A DNA stretch of 64,000 bases, from positions 147,622,001 to 147,686,000 of the forward strand of contig NC_091991.1 of NCBI RefSeq assembly GCF_044704955.1, given 5' to 3'. Positions 1-12,714 of the stretch are shown here, in pieces (the stretch's first letter is position 1; every line of letters begins with the position of its first letter). Under the pieces are notes generated by a model. The model saw nothing but the letters and a program-made list of their open reading frames with translations. It searched no databases and was not told the DNA's origin. Source of the DNA: Pristiophorus japonicus (Eukaryota). The position numbers and the translations under genes are program-made.

Positions 1-1318
1 CGGGACTTGATGCGAGTTAGGACATGAGCAGCTGAGTTTTGGATCACCTCTGGTTTATGTAGGGTAGAATGTGGGAGGCCAGCCAGGAGTGCGTTGGAGT
101 AGTCAAGTCTAGAGGTAACAAAGGCATGGATGAGGGCTTCGGTAGCGGATGAGCTGAGGTAAAGGCGGAAACGGGCGATGTTACGGAGATGAAATTAGGG
201 GGTCTTAGTTATGCTGCGCATGTGACCCCGAAAGCTCATTTCAGGGTCAAATATGACACCAAGGTTGCGAACAGCCTGGTTCAGCCACAGACAGAAGTTG
301 GGGAGAGGGAGGGAGTCAGTGGCTAGGGAACGGAGTTTGTGGCGAGGACCAAAAACAATGACTTCGGTCTTCCCAATATTCAATTGGAGAAAATTTCTGC
401 TCATCCAGAACTAGATGTCGAACAAGCAATCTGACAATTTAGAGATCGTGGAGAGGTCAAGAGAAGTGGTAGTGAGGTAGTGCTGGGTGTCATTAGCGTA
501 CATGTGGAAACTGACCCTGTGTTTTCGGATGATGTCGCCAAGGGGCAACATGTAGATGAGAAATAAGAGGGGCCAAGGATAGATCCTTGGGGGACACCAG
601 AGATAACAATGCAGGGGCGGGAAGAGAAGTCAATGCAGGTGATTCTCTGGCTATAATTAAATAAATAAGAATGGAACCAGCTGGATGACGGTGGAGAGGT
701 ATTGGAAAAGGATAGAGTGGTCAACCGTGTCAAAGGCTGCAGACAAGTCAACAAGGATGAGGAGGAATAGTTTGCCTTTGTCACAATCACAAATGACATC
801 ATTTGTGACTTTGATGAGAGCTGTTTTGGTACCGTGGCAAGCCCGGATTGGAGGGATTCAAACATGGAATTGCGGAAAAGATAGGCATGGGTTTGGGAGG
901 CAACAACACGTTCAAGGACTTTGGAGAGGAAAGGGAGGTTGAAGATGGGGCAGTAGTTTGCAAGGATGGAGGGATCGAGTGTTGGTTTTTTGGGGAGAGA
1001 GGTGATGATGGCAGATTTGAGGGAGAGGAGGACAGTACCTGAGGAGAGAGAACTGTTAACAATGTCAGCAAACATGGGAGCCAGAAAAGGAAGTTGGGTG
1101 GTCAGCAATTTGGTGGGAATAGGGCCAAGGGAGCAGGAAGTGGGTCTCATGGACAGGATCATGAGGGGAGATCGGAGAGAAACTAGAGAAAGATGTGAGG
1201 TCAGGGCTAGAGCAGGGGGCTTCCTTAGAGGAAGGTGAGCTAGGGGCAGGAAGAGAAGAATCAGAGGCGGCCGAACAGATGGTCTCAATCTTAGAGACAA
1301 AGAAGTCAATGAGCTCCT
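1..1318 (-). mobile_element. L2-clade LINE fragment (RT region)
   Basis: Frameshifted RT peptides (KKPTLDPSILANYCPIFNLPFLSKVLERVV, SGVPQGSILGP, LQLNIGKTEVIVFG, RNLGVIFD). Confidence 0.9.
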
Positions 1319-1576
1319 TGTAATGTCCTTACACACTACTATAAATTCACACGAGGCACATTCTGCAGACAAGGTCACTCTGTGACCTGAACCCTTATTC
1401 ACAGTACCAAGAAGTGATGACCCTGCGTGGGACCTCCCTTTATATACCTGGATGACCAGGTGAGGAGTGTCTCCCACAAGTTCACCTCCTATGATCAAGG
1501 TGTGCATTTCTTAGGTGTACACAGTATGCAGTGTTATTATGAAGGTTACAGTTACATGAAGGTTACATACATGACA
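1319..1576 (-). repeat. 3' LTR of Gypsy A
   Basis: TGTAATGTCC...CATGACA; adjacent purine tract (minus strand) at 1577-1597; aligns with 6660-6906. Confidence 0.85.
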
Positions 1577-3413
1577 TCACCTCCCCCCCACCCCCCCAAC
1601 ATCTTTTGGGGTCAAAGATTAAGTCTTTCAGGTGGTCGATGCTCTCTCGTGGAACGCCACAGTTGGGGCTCTGGTTGTTGAGCCTTGGCATGCGTCTCTG
1701 TCACCTGTGGTGATTCCAGCTTGTCCGGGCTGGCTGCAGGGATTGTGCATGCTGCATGCTGCTGCATGTTCTTGTTGCTCATTCACTGGCAATGGTGTGG
1801 GCAACATCTCATGATCTTCCTCAGGTTCCTCAGTGTCCATGCTGAACCTTTTTTTTACTTGGTCTAGATGCTTGTGGCACATCTGTCCATTGTTAAGTCT
1901 GACCACTATGACCCTATTCCCCTCTTTGCCAATGACAGTACCCTCAAGCCACTTGGGCCCCAAAGCGTGATTAAGAACAAATACAGGGTCATCGATTTCT
2001 ATACATCTCCCATTTGAGTTATGGTCATGGCACTCATTTTGGGACTGGCGCTTGCCCTCAACAATGTCTGACAGGACAGGATGACTACCCGGCTGCCCCA
2101 TAGTAGGCAGTCGGCTTGGATGGAGAGCTCATCCATCCGTCTGTGAAACGGTCTGACCTCCTCGAGGCATGCTCCGTGTGCGGGCGCCCAATCCCCAGTC
2201 AGGACACATTTCTTAATCAAGTATAGGAGGGGATCTCTGTTGGACCAGATTTTGATCTCGCGGGCTGTGATGGGGGAGCCTGCGCTGTCAAAGGCATCGA
2301 CAGCCATGACCATCTCAGCGCCTTGCTCCGCTGCCCCCTCAGTGGTGGCCAGTGGAAGCCTGCTGAGCGCGTCAGCACAATTTTCAGTGCCGGGCCGGTG
2401 CCGGATGGAGTAATCATAAGCAGCCAGCGTGAGAGCCCATTGCTGTATGCGAGCTGATGTGTTGGCATTGACAGCCTTGCTGTCTGACAACAGGGATGTT
2501 AATGGCTTGTGGTCCGTCTCTAATTCAAACTTCCTACCAAAGAGGTACTGATGCATTTTTTTTTACACCATAGACACATGCAAGCACTTCCTTCTCGACC
2601 GTCCCATATCCATGTTCTGCTTGAGAGCGCGACCTGGAGGCATAAGCCACAGGTTGTAGTTGACCCTCGGCATTGCCCTGCTGCAAAACGCACCCAACCC
2701 CATAGGACGATGCATCACATGTCAGAACCAATTTTTTTACAGGGGTCGTACAGGGTCAACAACTTGTTTGAACAAAGTAGGTTTCGCACCCGATCAAAAG
2801 CCCGTTCCTGACAGTCCCCCCAAAACCAATTGCAACCCTTACGCAGGAGCACGTGTAGCGGCTCCAACAACGTGCTCATGTTCGGCAGAAAGTTCCTGAA
2901 ATAGTTTAACAGTCCCAGGAATGAACGCAACTCCGATGTGTTGCAGGGTCTAGGTGTTCGTTGAATCGCCTCTGTTTTGGATTCGGTGGGCCGAATCCCA
3001 TCTGCAGCAACCCTCCTGCCCAGAAACAACCTCAGGAGCGAAGAACACACATTTAGACTTCTTGAGTCGCAGGCCTACCCGGTCCAGTCAGCATAGCACC
3101 TCCTCCAGGTTGTGGAGGTGTTCCTCGCTGTCTTGACCCATGATGAGGATGTCGTCCTGGAATACGATCGTTCCAGGAATGGATTTAAGCAAGCTTTCCA
3201 TGTTTCGTTGAAAAATCGCGGCGACTGATCGAATGCCAAACGGGCACCTGTTATAAATGAATAGTCCCTTGTGCGTGGTGATCAGTAGTTTAGATTCGTC
3301 AGCCAGTTCTTGGGTCATGTAGGCTGAAGTGAGGTCCAACTTGGTGAACAGCTTGCCGCCTGCCAGAGTGGCGAAGAGGTCCTCCGCTCTCGGGAGCGGG
3401 TATTGATCTTGTA

Positions 3414-4906
3414 TTGACTCTGGATCAGTTCCTATGGAGTGGAGGGTAGCCAATGTAACCCCACTTTTTAAAAAAGGAGGGAGAGAGAAAACAGGGAATT
3501 ATAGACCGGTCAGCCTGACATCGGTAGTGGGTAAAATGATGGAATCAATTATTAAGGATGTCATAGCAGTGCATTTGGAAAGAGGTAATATGATAGGTCC
3601 AAGTCAGCATGGATTTGTGAAAGGGAAATCATGCTTGACAAATCTTCTGGAATTTTTTGAGGATGTTTCCAGTAGAGTGGACAAGGGAGAACCAGTTGAT
3701 GTGGTATATTTGGACTTTCAGAAGGCTTTCGACAAGGTCCCACACAAGAGATTAATGTGCAAAGTTAAAGCACATGGGATTGGGGGTAGTGTGCTGACGT
3801 GGATTGAGAACTGGTTGTCAGACAGGAAGCAAAGAGTAGGAGTAAATGGGGACTTTTCAGAATGGCAGGCAGTGACTAGTGGGGTACCGCAAGGTTCTGT
3901 GCTGGGGCCCCAGCTGTTTACACTGTACATTAATGATTTAGACGAGGGGATTAAATGTAGTATCTCCAAATTTGCGGATGACACTAAGTTGGGTGGCAGT
4001 GTGAGCTGCAAGGAGGATTCTATGAGGCTGCAGAGCGACTTGGATAGGTTAGGTGAGTGGGCAAATGCATGGCAGATGAAGTATAATGTGGATAAATGTG
4101 AGGTTATCCACTTTGGTGGTAAAAACAGAGAGACAGACTATTATCTGAATGGTGACAGATTAGGAAAAGGGGAGGTGCAAAGAGACCTGGGTGTCATGGT
4201 ACATCAGTCATTGAAGGTTGGCATGCAGGTACAGCAGGCGGTTAAGAAAGCAAATGGCATGTTGGCCTTCATAGCGAGGGGATTTGAGTACAGGGGCAGG
4301 GAGGTGTTGCTACAATTGTACAGGGCCTTGGTGAGGCCACACCTGGAGTGTTGTGTACAGTTTTGGTCTCCTAACCTGAGGAAGGACATTCTTGCTATTG
4401 AGGGAGTGCAGCGAAGGTTCACCAGACTGATTCCCGGGATGGCGGGACTGACCTATCAAGAAAGACTGGATCAACTGGGCTTGTATTCACTGGAGTTCAG
4501 AAGAATGAGAGGGGACCTCATAGAAACGTTTAAAATTCTGACGGGGTTAGACAGGTTAGATGCAGGAAGAATGTTCCCAATGTTGGGGAAGTCCAGAACC
4601 AGGGGTCACAGTCTAAGGATAAGGGGGAAGCCATTTAGGACCGAGATGAGGAGGAATTTCTTCACCCAGAGAGTGGTGAACCTGTGAATTCTCTCCCACA
4701 GAAAGTTGTTGAGGCCAATTCACTAAATATATTCAAAAAGGAGTTCGATGTAGTCCTTACTACTAGGAGATCAAGGGGTATGGTGAGAAAGCAGGAATGG
4801 GGTACTGAAGTTGCATGTTCAGCCATGAACTCATTGAATGGCGGTGCAGGCTAGAAGGGCCGAATGGCCTACTCCTGCACCTATTTTCTATGTTTCTATG
4901 TTTCTA
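3414..4906 (+). mobile_element. 5'-truncated CR1 (HER1-like) LINE inserted antisense in Gypsy A RT
   Basis: 417-aa RT ORF (NYRPVSLTS, YLDFQKAFDKVPH, FADD); 3' tail (TTTCTATG)n. Confidence 0.95.
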
Positions 4907-6659
4907 CCCGATTGATGGTGGCCTTGTAGTCGCCTCAGATCCTGGCAGAGCCATCCGCTTTTAGGACGGGAACGCTGGGGCTCGCTCAGTCGCTGAATTT
5001 AACAGGCAAGATGATGCCCTCTCTCAACAGCCGATCCAATTCGCTCTCGACCTTTTCCCGTATCACATACGGCACCGCTCTGGCTTTGTGGTGCACTGGC
5101 CTGGCATCCGGGGTGATATGTATCACTTCTTTAGTGCCTTTGAAAGTCCCAACGCCAGGTTGGAATAGTGAATCGAATTGTTGTAGGACTTGTGAGCACG
5201 AACTTCGCTCCACAGATGACATTGCATGAACATCCCCCCATTTCCAGTTCATCTCGGCTAACCAGCTCCTCCCCAACAGTGCGAGACCATTACCCGGGAC
5301 AATCCAGAGCGGCGGCCAATTCACTAACCCATTGTGTGTGACAGCCAACATTGCACTATCTAGCACCGGAATGATTTCTTTAGTGTAAGTCCGTAACTGT
5401 GTCTCAATACGTGCTAATTTGGGTCTACTGGCTTTAAGTGGCCATAGCTTCTCAAATTGCTGAACGCCCATGAGTGATTGGCTGGCCCCAGTGTCCAGCT
5501 CCATGCGTACTGGGATACTGTTTATTAAAACCCTCATCATCATTGGTGGTGTTTTGGTGTATGAATTGAATATTCGCCACATGGACCCGCTGAACCTCGG
5601 CGTCCATCGATTTGCCCCAAAAGTCATCCTGCTTCAAAGACCCCTCTTCTGGTCCATCCACCTCATATATTAGTCTGGTTGCAGACTTCCTGCACATTTG
5701 AGCTAAGTGGCCACTGAGATTTCAATTCCTGCAGACAAACTGTTGAAGTCTGCAAGATCTAGCTGAGTGTTTTCCCCCACACCTCCAGCATGAGTTCAAG
5801 TTTCCATTGTTGGGAACAAAGGGACTATGGACAGGCATTCTGCGCTGACTGACCCTTTGACTGCTTTTAAGTACCCTATTAGTGGGTGTCAATAGCCCCA
5901 TCCCGGGCCGCATTGTCCACTGTGATGGCGTGAATGTCCGTTCAGCCTGCCATTGTCTCTGTTGAAGTCCTACTCTGGGGTCTATTGCTGCCTGGGGAAT
6001 GTCGGACTGCCTCTGCCTGCCTGCGGGGCTCTGAGTCACATTGATGATGTTGACTCCCTGATCCATCGCCACGTGAGAGGCAGCATTGCACGCTTATATT
6101 ATTTTCGTCTCTTCCTCCCGCGTCATGAAAGTTTGAGCTATCAACACCGCCGCTTCCAAGGTCAAATCCTTGGTCTCAATTAATTTGCGGAAAATTCCCG
6201 CATGACCGATGCCCTCGATAAAGAAGTCCCTTAGCATCTCCCCCCCTGCAGATGTCTGTGAACTTAGAGGCTGGCCAAACGCTGGTGGTCCGCTACAAAG
6301 TCCAGTATGCTCTGTCCTTCACGACGTCGGTGGGTGTAGAATCTGTGTCGGCCCATATATATGCTACTCGCTGGTTTGAGGTGCTCGCTGATCAATTTGC
6401 TTAGTTCTTCAAAGGTTTTGTCCGCCGGCTTTTCAGGTGTTAGTAAGTTCTTCATGAGTGCGTAAGTCTTTGGTCCGCAGCTGGTCAAAAGATGAGCCCT
6501 TCGCTTGTCGGCCGCTGCATCCCCCAGCCATTCTTTCGTAACGAAGCTTTGCTGAAGCCTCTCGACAAAATCGTCCCAGTCTTCCCCAACACAGTACCAT
6601 TCCTCTGTGCTACCGGTGGCTATTCTCGTGGGCCGTGAATTCCCGTTTCTCGTCACCAA

Positions 6660-6906
6660 TGTAAGGTTCTTACTCTACAGTATGAAACCACATGAGGCAC
6701 GTTCTGGGGACAAGGTCACTCTGTGACCCTAACTCTTTATTCACAGGACTCCAAAGACGATGCCCCTGCGTGGGACTTCCCTTTTTATACCTGTGTGATC
6801 AGGTAAGAGTGTCTTCCACAAGTTCACCCCTTGTGGTCAAGGTGTGCATCTAGGTTGAGTGTATGCAGTAATACAGTGGTGTTACATTGCGGTTTCATAC
6901 ATGACA
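6660..6906 (-). repeat. 5' LTR of Gypsy A
   Basis: TGTAAGGTTC...CATGACA; followed on minus strand by a tRNA-Ser(GCU)-type PBS. Confidence 0.85.
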
Positions 6907-9900
6907 ATCACTATACCAGGATGTGTACTGTGTAACTCACGCACAAATTTCTCTCTTCCTTTCTTAGGCATTACAACTCGATTGCCCCACAATATGCAAT
7001 CTGCTTGAATAAACAGTTCGTCCTTGCGACAAATGTATGGTTTGGCCTCCTCACACATTTGCTTAGGTATGGCAGACCAATCCCTTTGAGGATGCAACCC
7101 TTTACCACCGATAATACCGGGTCCTGGCTGGTCCACATCTTAACTTGTTGAGCCGTGACAGGGGTACCTTCACTCTCATTAAATCTGCTGGTTGTAGCGT
7201 TTCCACCTCCGGTGTGGGCAACGGCAACCGGCTCAAAGCATCGGCACAATTCTCTGAGCCAGGTCTTTGGCGAATGACATAATCATAGGCAGATAATGTC
7301 AGCGCCCACCTTTGGATGCGGGATGAAGCGTTGGTATTGATATCTTTGCTCTCGGAAAACAATGAAATGAGCGGCTTGTGATCGGTCTCTAGTTCAAACC
7401 TCAGACCGAACAGATATTGATGCATCTTTTTAACACCGTACACACATGCTAATGCTTCTTTTTCTACCATGCTGTAGACAAACTTTTGGATGCATACACG
7501 ACAGGTTGAAGTTTCCCTGACTCATTGGCTTGTTGGAGTACGCAACCAATTCCATATGATGATGTGTCACAGGACAAAACTAAACATTTACATGGGTCAT
7601 AATGTACCAGAAGCTTGTTTGAGCAAAGCAGATTGGGGTCTTTCTCGAAAGCTCTGTCTTGCAATGCACCCCACACCCAGTTGTCGCCTTTTCCCAATAG
7701 CATGTGCAGTGGTTCTAGTAAGATGCTCAATTTAGGTAGGAAGTTACCAAAGTAGTTGAGTAGACCCAGGAATGAACGCAGCTCCGTCACATTCTGCGGC
7801 TTGGGTGCATTCTTGATGGCCTTGGTTTTCATGTCAGTAGGTCTGAAGCCATTAGCGGCGATTTTCCTCCCGAGCAATTCGACCTCTGGTGCCATGAAGC
7901 CGCACTTCGAGCATTTCTATCGGAGTCCCACTCTATCCAAATGCAGAAGAACATCTTCCAGGTTGTTAAGATGTTCCTTGGAGTCACGACCGGTGATCAG
8001 GATGTCATCTTGGAACACGATGGTTCTGGGAATGGACTTCAGTAGACTTCCATATTCCTCTGGAACATTGCTGCAACTGAGCGAATTCCGAAAGGGCACC
8101 TGTGGTAAATAAACAGTCCTTTGTGCGTGTTAATGCACGCACTTTTCGGGTTAGAGATCGGTGGTTAGTGATGTGCCACAGGGATCGGTGCTGGGACCAC
8201 AACTGTTTACAATATACATAGATGACCTGAAAGAGGGGACAGGGTGTAGTGTAACAAAATTTGCAGATGACACAAAGATTAGTGGGAAATCGGGTTGTGT
8301 AGAGGACACAGAGAGGCTGCAAAGAGATTTAGATAGGTTAAGCGAATGGGCTATGGTTTGGCAGATGGAATACAATGTCGGAAAAAAAACAGTAAAAGGC
8401 AATATTATTTGAATGGGGAGAAATTACAACATGCTGCGGTGCAGAGGGACCTGGGGTCCTTGTGCATGAATCCCAAAAAGTTAGTTTGCAGGTGCAGCAG
8501 GTAATCAGGAAGGCGAATGGAATGTTGGCCTTCATTGCGAGAGGGATGGAGTACAAAAGCAGGGAGGTCCTGCTGCAACTGTACAGGGTATTGGTGAGGC
8601 CGCACCTGGAGTACTGCGTGCAGTTTTGGTCATCTAACTTAAGGAAGGATATACTAGCTTTGGAGGGGGTACAGAGACGATTCACGAGGCTGATTCCGGA
8701 GATGAGGGGATTACATTATGATGATAGATTGTGTAGTCTGGGTCTTTACTCGTTGGAGTTCAGAAGGATGAGGGGTGATCTTATAGAAACATTTAAAATA
8801 ATGAAAGGGATAGACAAGATAGAGGCAGAGAGGTTATTTCCACTGGTCGGGGAGACTGGAACTAGGGGGCACAGCCTCAAAATACGGGGGAGCCAATTTA
8901 AAACCGAGTTGAGAAGGAATTTCTTCTCCCAGAGGGTTGTGAATCTGTGGAATTCTCTGCCCAAGAAAGCAGTTGAGGCTAGCTCATTGAATGTATTCAA
9001 ATCACAGATAAATAGATTTTTAACCAATAAGGGAATTAAGGGTTATGGGGAGCGGGCAGGTAAGTGGAGCTGAGTCCACGGCCAGATCAGCCATGATCTT
9101 GTTGAATGTCGGAGCAATCTCGAGGGGCTAGATGGCCTACTCCTGTTCCTAATTCTTATGTTCTTATGTTCTTATGTAAGTCTCTTCGACGTCTCGACCA
9201 ACTCCTGTGTCATATAGGCTGACGTCAAGTCCAGTTTTGTGAATGACTTCCCTCCGGCTCGCATCACAAACAAGTCATCAGCCTTCAGTAATGGGTACTG
9301 ATCTTGTTTCGAAACCCTATTGATCATAGCCTTGCAGTCTCCACAGATTTTGACTGTGCCATCACTTTTCAGCACAGAAACAATGGGCCCATTCATTAAA
9401 TTTGACTGGTGATATGATCCCTTCATGCTGGAGTCTGTCCAGTTCAATTTTGACCTTCTCCCTCATCATATATGGCACTGCCTGAGCTTTATGATGGACG
9501 GGTCTTGCATCTGAGTCTACGTGAATCTACACCTTGGCTTCCGTGAAGTTGTTGATATCCGGTTCGATCAGCGAGGGGAACTTGCTCAATACTTGGGCAC
9601 ATGTATCTTCCTCCGACGACAACGCCTTTATGTTGTTCCAGTCGCATCTGATTTTCTCCAATCAGCTCCTGCCGAGCAGTGTTGAGCCATTGTCTGGAAC
9701 AATCCACAGCGGTAACTCGTGAACCGTACCGTTATACAACACATTAATTTGTGCACTGCCGATCACCTTTATCAGTTCTTTGGTGTACGTGCGCAGCTTG
9801 GTGTTAACAGGGCTCAGCCTGGGCCTCACAGTCTTCGTATCCCACAGCTTATTAAATGCCCTCTTGTTCATAATCGATTGACTCGCCCCTGTGTCCAGTT

Positions 9901-11073
9901 CCATCGATACCGGTATCCCGTTAAACTTCACGTTAATCAAAATTGGTTTACTCTTGGTTATGAAGGAGTACAGTCCATACATTTCCTCCTCTGGCATCTC
10001 GGATTGCGTATCCAGATATGCGCTAGTCTGACTCTCATCCTCCACGTGGTGTGTCGCAGCTCACTTGCTCATCTGCGGACACTTGTGCTGGAGATGCCCC
10101 ACTCTCAGATAACCTTTGCAACTATATTGCTTAAATCGGCACCGCTGATGCCGATGATTTCCCCCACAATGCCAACACGGAGAAGTCGGATACATTCCCG
10201 CTGGCGGACTTTGGGCAGCCACAGGTTTCGCAAACGCAGCCGGATAGGCTCTGCCGAACGCCGAATCAATCACATTTACAGTACTTGCCGAGGTTCGGTT
10301 CATCACCGCTATTTGCTTTAAATTCCTGTCCGTCGTCATACATGATTGAGCGATCTGGATGGCCCTTTTTAAATCCAACTCCTCCACCACCAGAAGTTTA
10401 CACAGGATCACCTCGTGGTTGATACCGGTAACAAAGAAGTCCCGCAGCATGTCTGCCAACACCGTTCTGAATCTGCACGGTCCCACTTGACGTCTCAGGT
10501 CGGCAACGAATTCCGCCGCACTCTGGCCCTCCGATCGAACGTGTGTATAAAACCTGTATCTCGAAATGATGATGCCGTTGTCTGGCTTGAGGTGCTCCCG
10601 TACCAATGTACACAACTCCTCGTACGTTTTCTCTGTTGGATCACTAGGCATGAGTAGATTCTTTATCAGACCGTAGACCTTTGAACCGCACACAGTGAGG
10701 AACACGGCCCGGCGCCGATCTGCATCGCTGACCCCCTTCATTTTGTTGGCCACAAAGTACTGGTTCAAACAGCTCACAAAGTCTACCCAATCTTCTCCCT
10801 CCACGAATTGCTCTAAAAATCCAATCATGCTCATTTTGCAAACAAAGGTTCTTGTATTCTCGTCGCCAAATGTCATGTATGCAATAAAGGTACAAAGTGA
10901 GTACTGTTTAACTGAACAAGGTACAATCTTGTTCATGCTTTATTACGGCCCAAAGTGCCTGACTCACAAAATGGCTGGCCTTTGATACCAGAGCAGCACC
11001 ATGTGTGTGCTGCTCAGTGGCCTCCAACAATGACACCATCTGGTGGCTACAAACAGCATGTACACACATGGCA
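6907..11073 (-). mobile_element. Gypsy (Mag-like) LTR retrotransposon B; 3' end lost, CR1 inserted
   Basis: 5' LTR 10871-11073; PBS TGGCGACGAG; gag 10061-10936 (CWHCGGNH), PR LDTG, RT FQDD, RNase H; integrase start (LHSTHPGIV) cut at 6907. Confidence 0.92.
8140..9178 (+). mobile_element. 5'-truncated CR1 LINE inserted antisense in Gypsy B RT
   Basis: RT C-terminus (VRPHLEYCVQFW...); tail (TTCTTATG)n. Confidence 0.93.
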
Positions 11074-11409
11074 ACTGCAAAAATACACTGGGACTCGATT
11101 CTGATTAGGTTTCCCCAAGATGAAGTGTGGTGAAGACATACGGTTTCTCTATGGAGTTAGCATGACCAATAGCCACTCGTTCCTAGGTCTGGTGTGCCAA
11201 AGTGTCCTTTCTCATCACTGTCACCTGGTGAGTGAGTGACACACTCTCACATTTTAGTTCAAACCATGCCGTGAAGTTCGAGCGGTCAAACTATAATCGA
11301 GTGCTGCACAGAACAGGTTCCAGAACCATGCTCAGTATATTGCAAAACTTACTGCAGCTTAAAAAAAAGGCTTAAAAATGTCAGAGGAAATGTATATCAG
11401 ACATAAATT

Positions 11410-11522
11410 TCTCCACATTACAACAGTGACTACACTACAAATGTACTTCATTGGCTGTAAAGTGCTTTGAGATGACCGGTGGTCGTGAAAGGCGCTATAT
11501 AAATCCAAGTCTTTCTTTTTTT
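11410..11522 (+). mobile_element. SacSINE1/DeuSINE-type SINE 3' fragment
   Basis: Matches the tail of the full copy at 29703-30144 in reverse complement. Confidence 0.7.
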
Positions 11523-11559
11523 CATAAATGAATTAAACTTTTGTTTTCAAGCCTACAAC

Positions 11560-11850
11560 AATAATTTGTATTTATATAGTGCCCTTAACGCAGTAAAACA
11601 TCCCAAGGCGCCTCACAGAAGTGTTAACAAAATTTGACACATAGACACATAAGGAGATATTAGGGCAGATGACCAAAAGCTTGGTCGAAGAGGGAGGTTT
11701 TAAGGAGTGTCTTAAAAGGAGGATAGAGAGGCGAAGAGGTTTAGGGAGGGAATTCCAGAATTTAGCACCTAGGCAACTGAAAGCCCGGCCGCCAATGGTG
11801 GAGGGATTAAAATCGGGGATGTGCAAGAAGCTAGAATTAGAGGAGTGCCT
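11560..11850 (-). mobile_element. L2 3' end fragment
   Basis: TIGGRAFSCLGAKFWNSLP peptide plus L2-type tail shared with 20630, 26735, 52640 and 59295. Confidence 0.75.
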
Positions 11851-12226
11851 AGTGGTGCTTAGTGTTAATAGTTTTCCAGGAATTCAGTTTCATATATGTG
11901 CCGTGATAAGTGTGATGGTAGGATTACATCCTATATCTGGACCTACAGTTTATTTTGTATTAGTTTCACTTTTTTTTAAAGTGAGGATTTGCACACAATT
12001 TGCGGTGTGAGTCCAGTCTACGGTTATGTTATAAGCAGTCTCAGATCTGTAAGATCTGGTGCTGTGGAGCTCAGCTCAAGTTATATGCCAGCCATACCAG
12101 CACTGAGTTCAATGGTGGAGGAGCTCTACATGTGTACTCAATGGTCGACTGAGGTTTCTAAATGTCAGACAGTATCTGGGTGGGTCTGCTTTCTCTGGAC
12201 ACAAACGTTGAAATACAATGTTTATA

Positions 12227-12678
12227 CCAAAGTAGGGGATCCCCATTCATACTTATGGCAATTTTGTATGTATGGAGCTGCCATAAGTATGAATGGGAAT
12301 ACCACCAAAAACACAGAAACATGAAAAATAAATTTAAAAAAACACATTACATATTTAAAACTAATTAAAATGCAACTGAATTTAATATTTTAAACAAAAA
12401 ATAACTTTTTTGATTTTTTTTAAATGTGTTTTAACAGGGCTAAGAATAAACTTACCTTAATGGACAGGGTTTTTTTTAATACCTGTATATAAATACATGA
12501 TAACATTTTATTTTTCTAATTTTTAAAACTCTTACACTGCTTTTACCAGAGTAAGAATTTCAAGGACATTCACTGGGCAGGGCCCAACTCTCCGCCCGCC
12601 CAAACCTGAAACTTGTGCAGCACCTACGGGCACATGCGCACCTCGTACGTGCCCGTAGGGGCCGCAAATTCAGGCCCT
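12227..12678. mobile_element. Truncated Harbinger-type MITE (one terminus)
   Basis: Ends GCAAATTCAGGCCC; similar to 29040-29700; absent from the paralogous segment at about 17310. Confidence 0.55.
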
Positions 12679-12714
12679 ATGTTTATATAAAATGTGCAGC
12701 AGTTTGTAGTTATA

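Larger units (their letters stand above)
1319..6906 (-). mobile_element. Gypsy/Ty3 (Mag-like) LTR retrotransposon A; decayed, integrase core deleted, CR1 inserted
   Basis: LTRs 1319-1576 and 6660-6906 (TG...CA); PBS TGGTGACGAG next to 6660; PPT next to 1577; gag with CCHC (5722-6659), protease LDTG, RT FQDD, RNase H (CDAS, ETDHKPL). Confidence 0.93.

Noticed and set aside
3434-4687. 417-aa RT ORF as a host gene or active element
   Set aside because: It is a 5'-truncated CR1 with a premature stop and no endonuclease domain.
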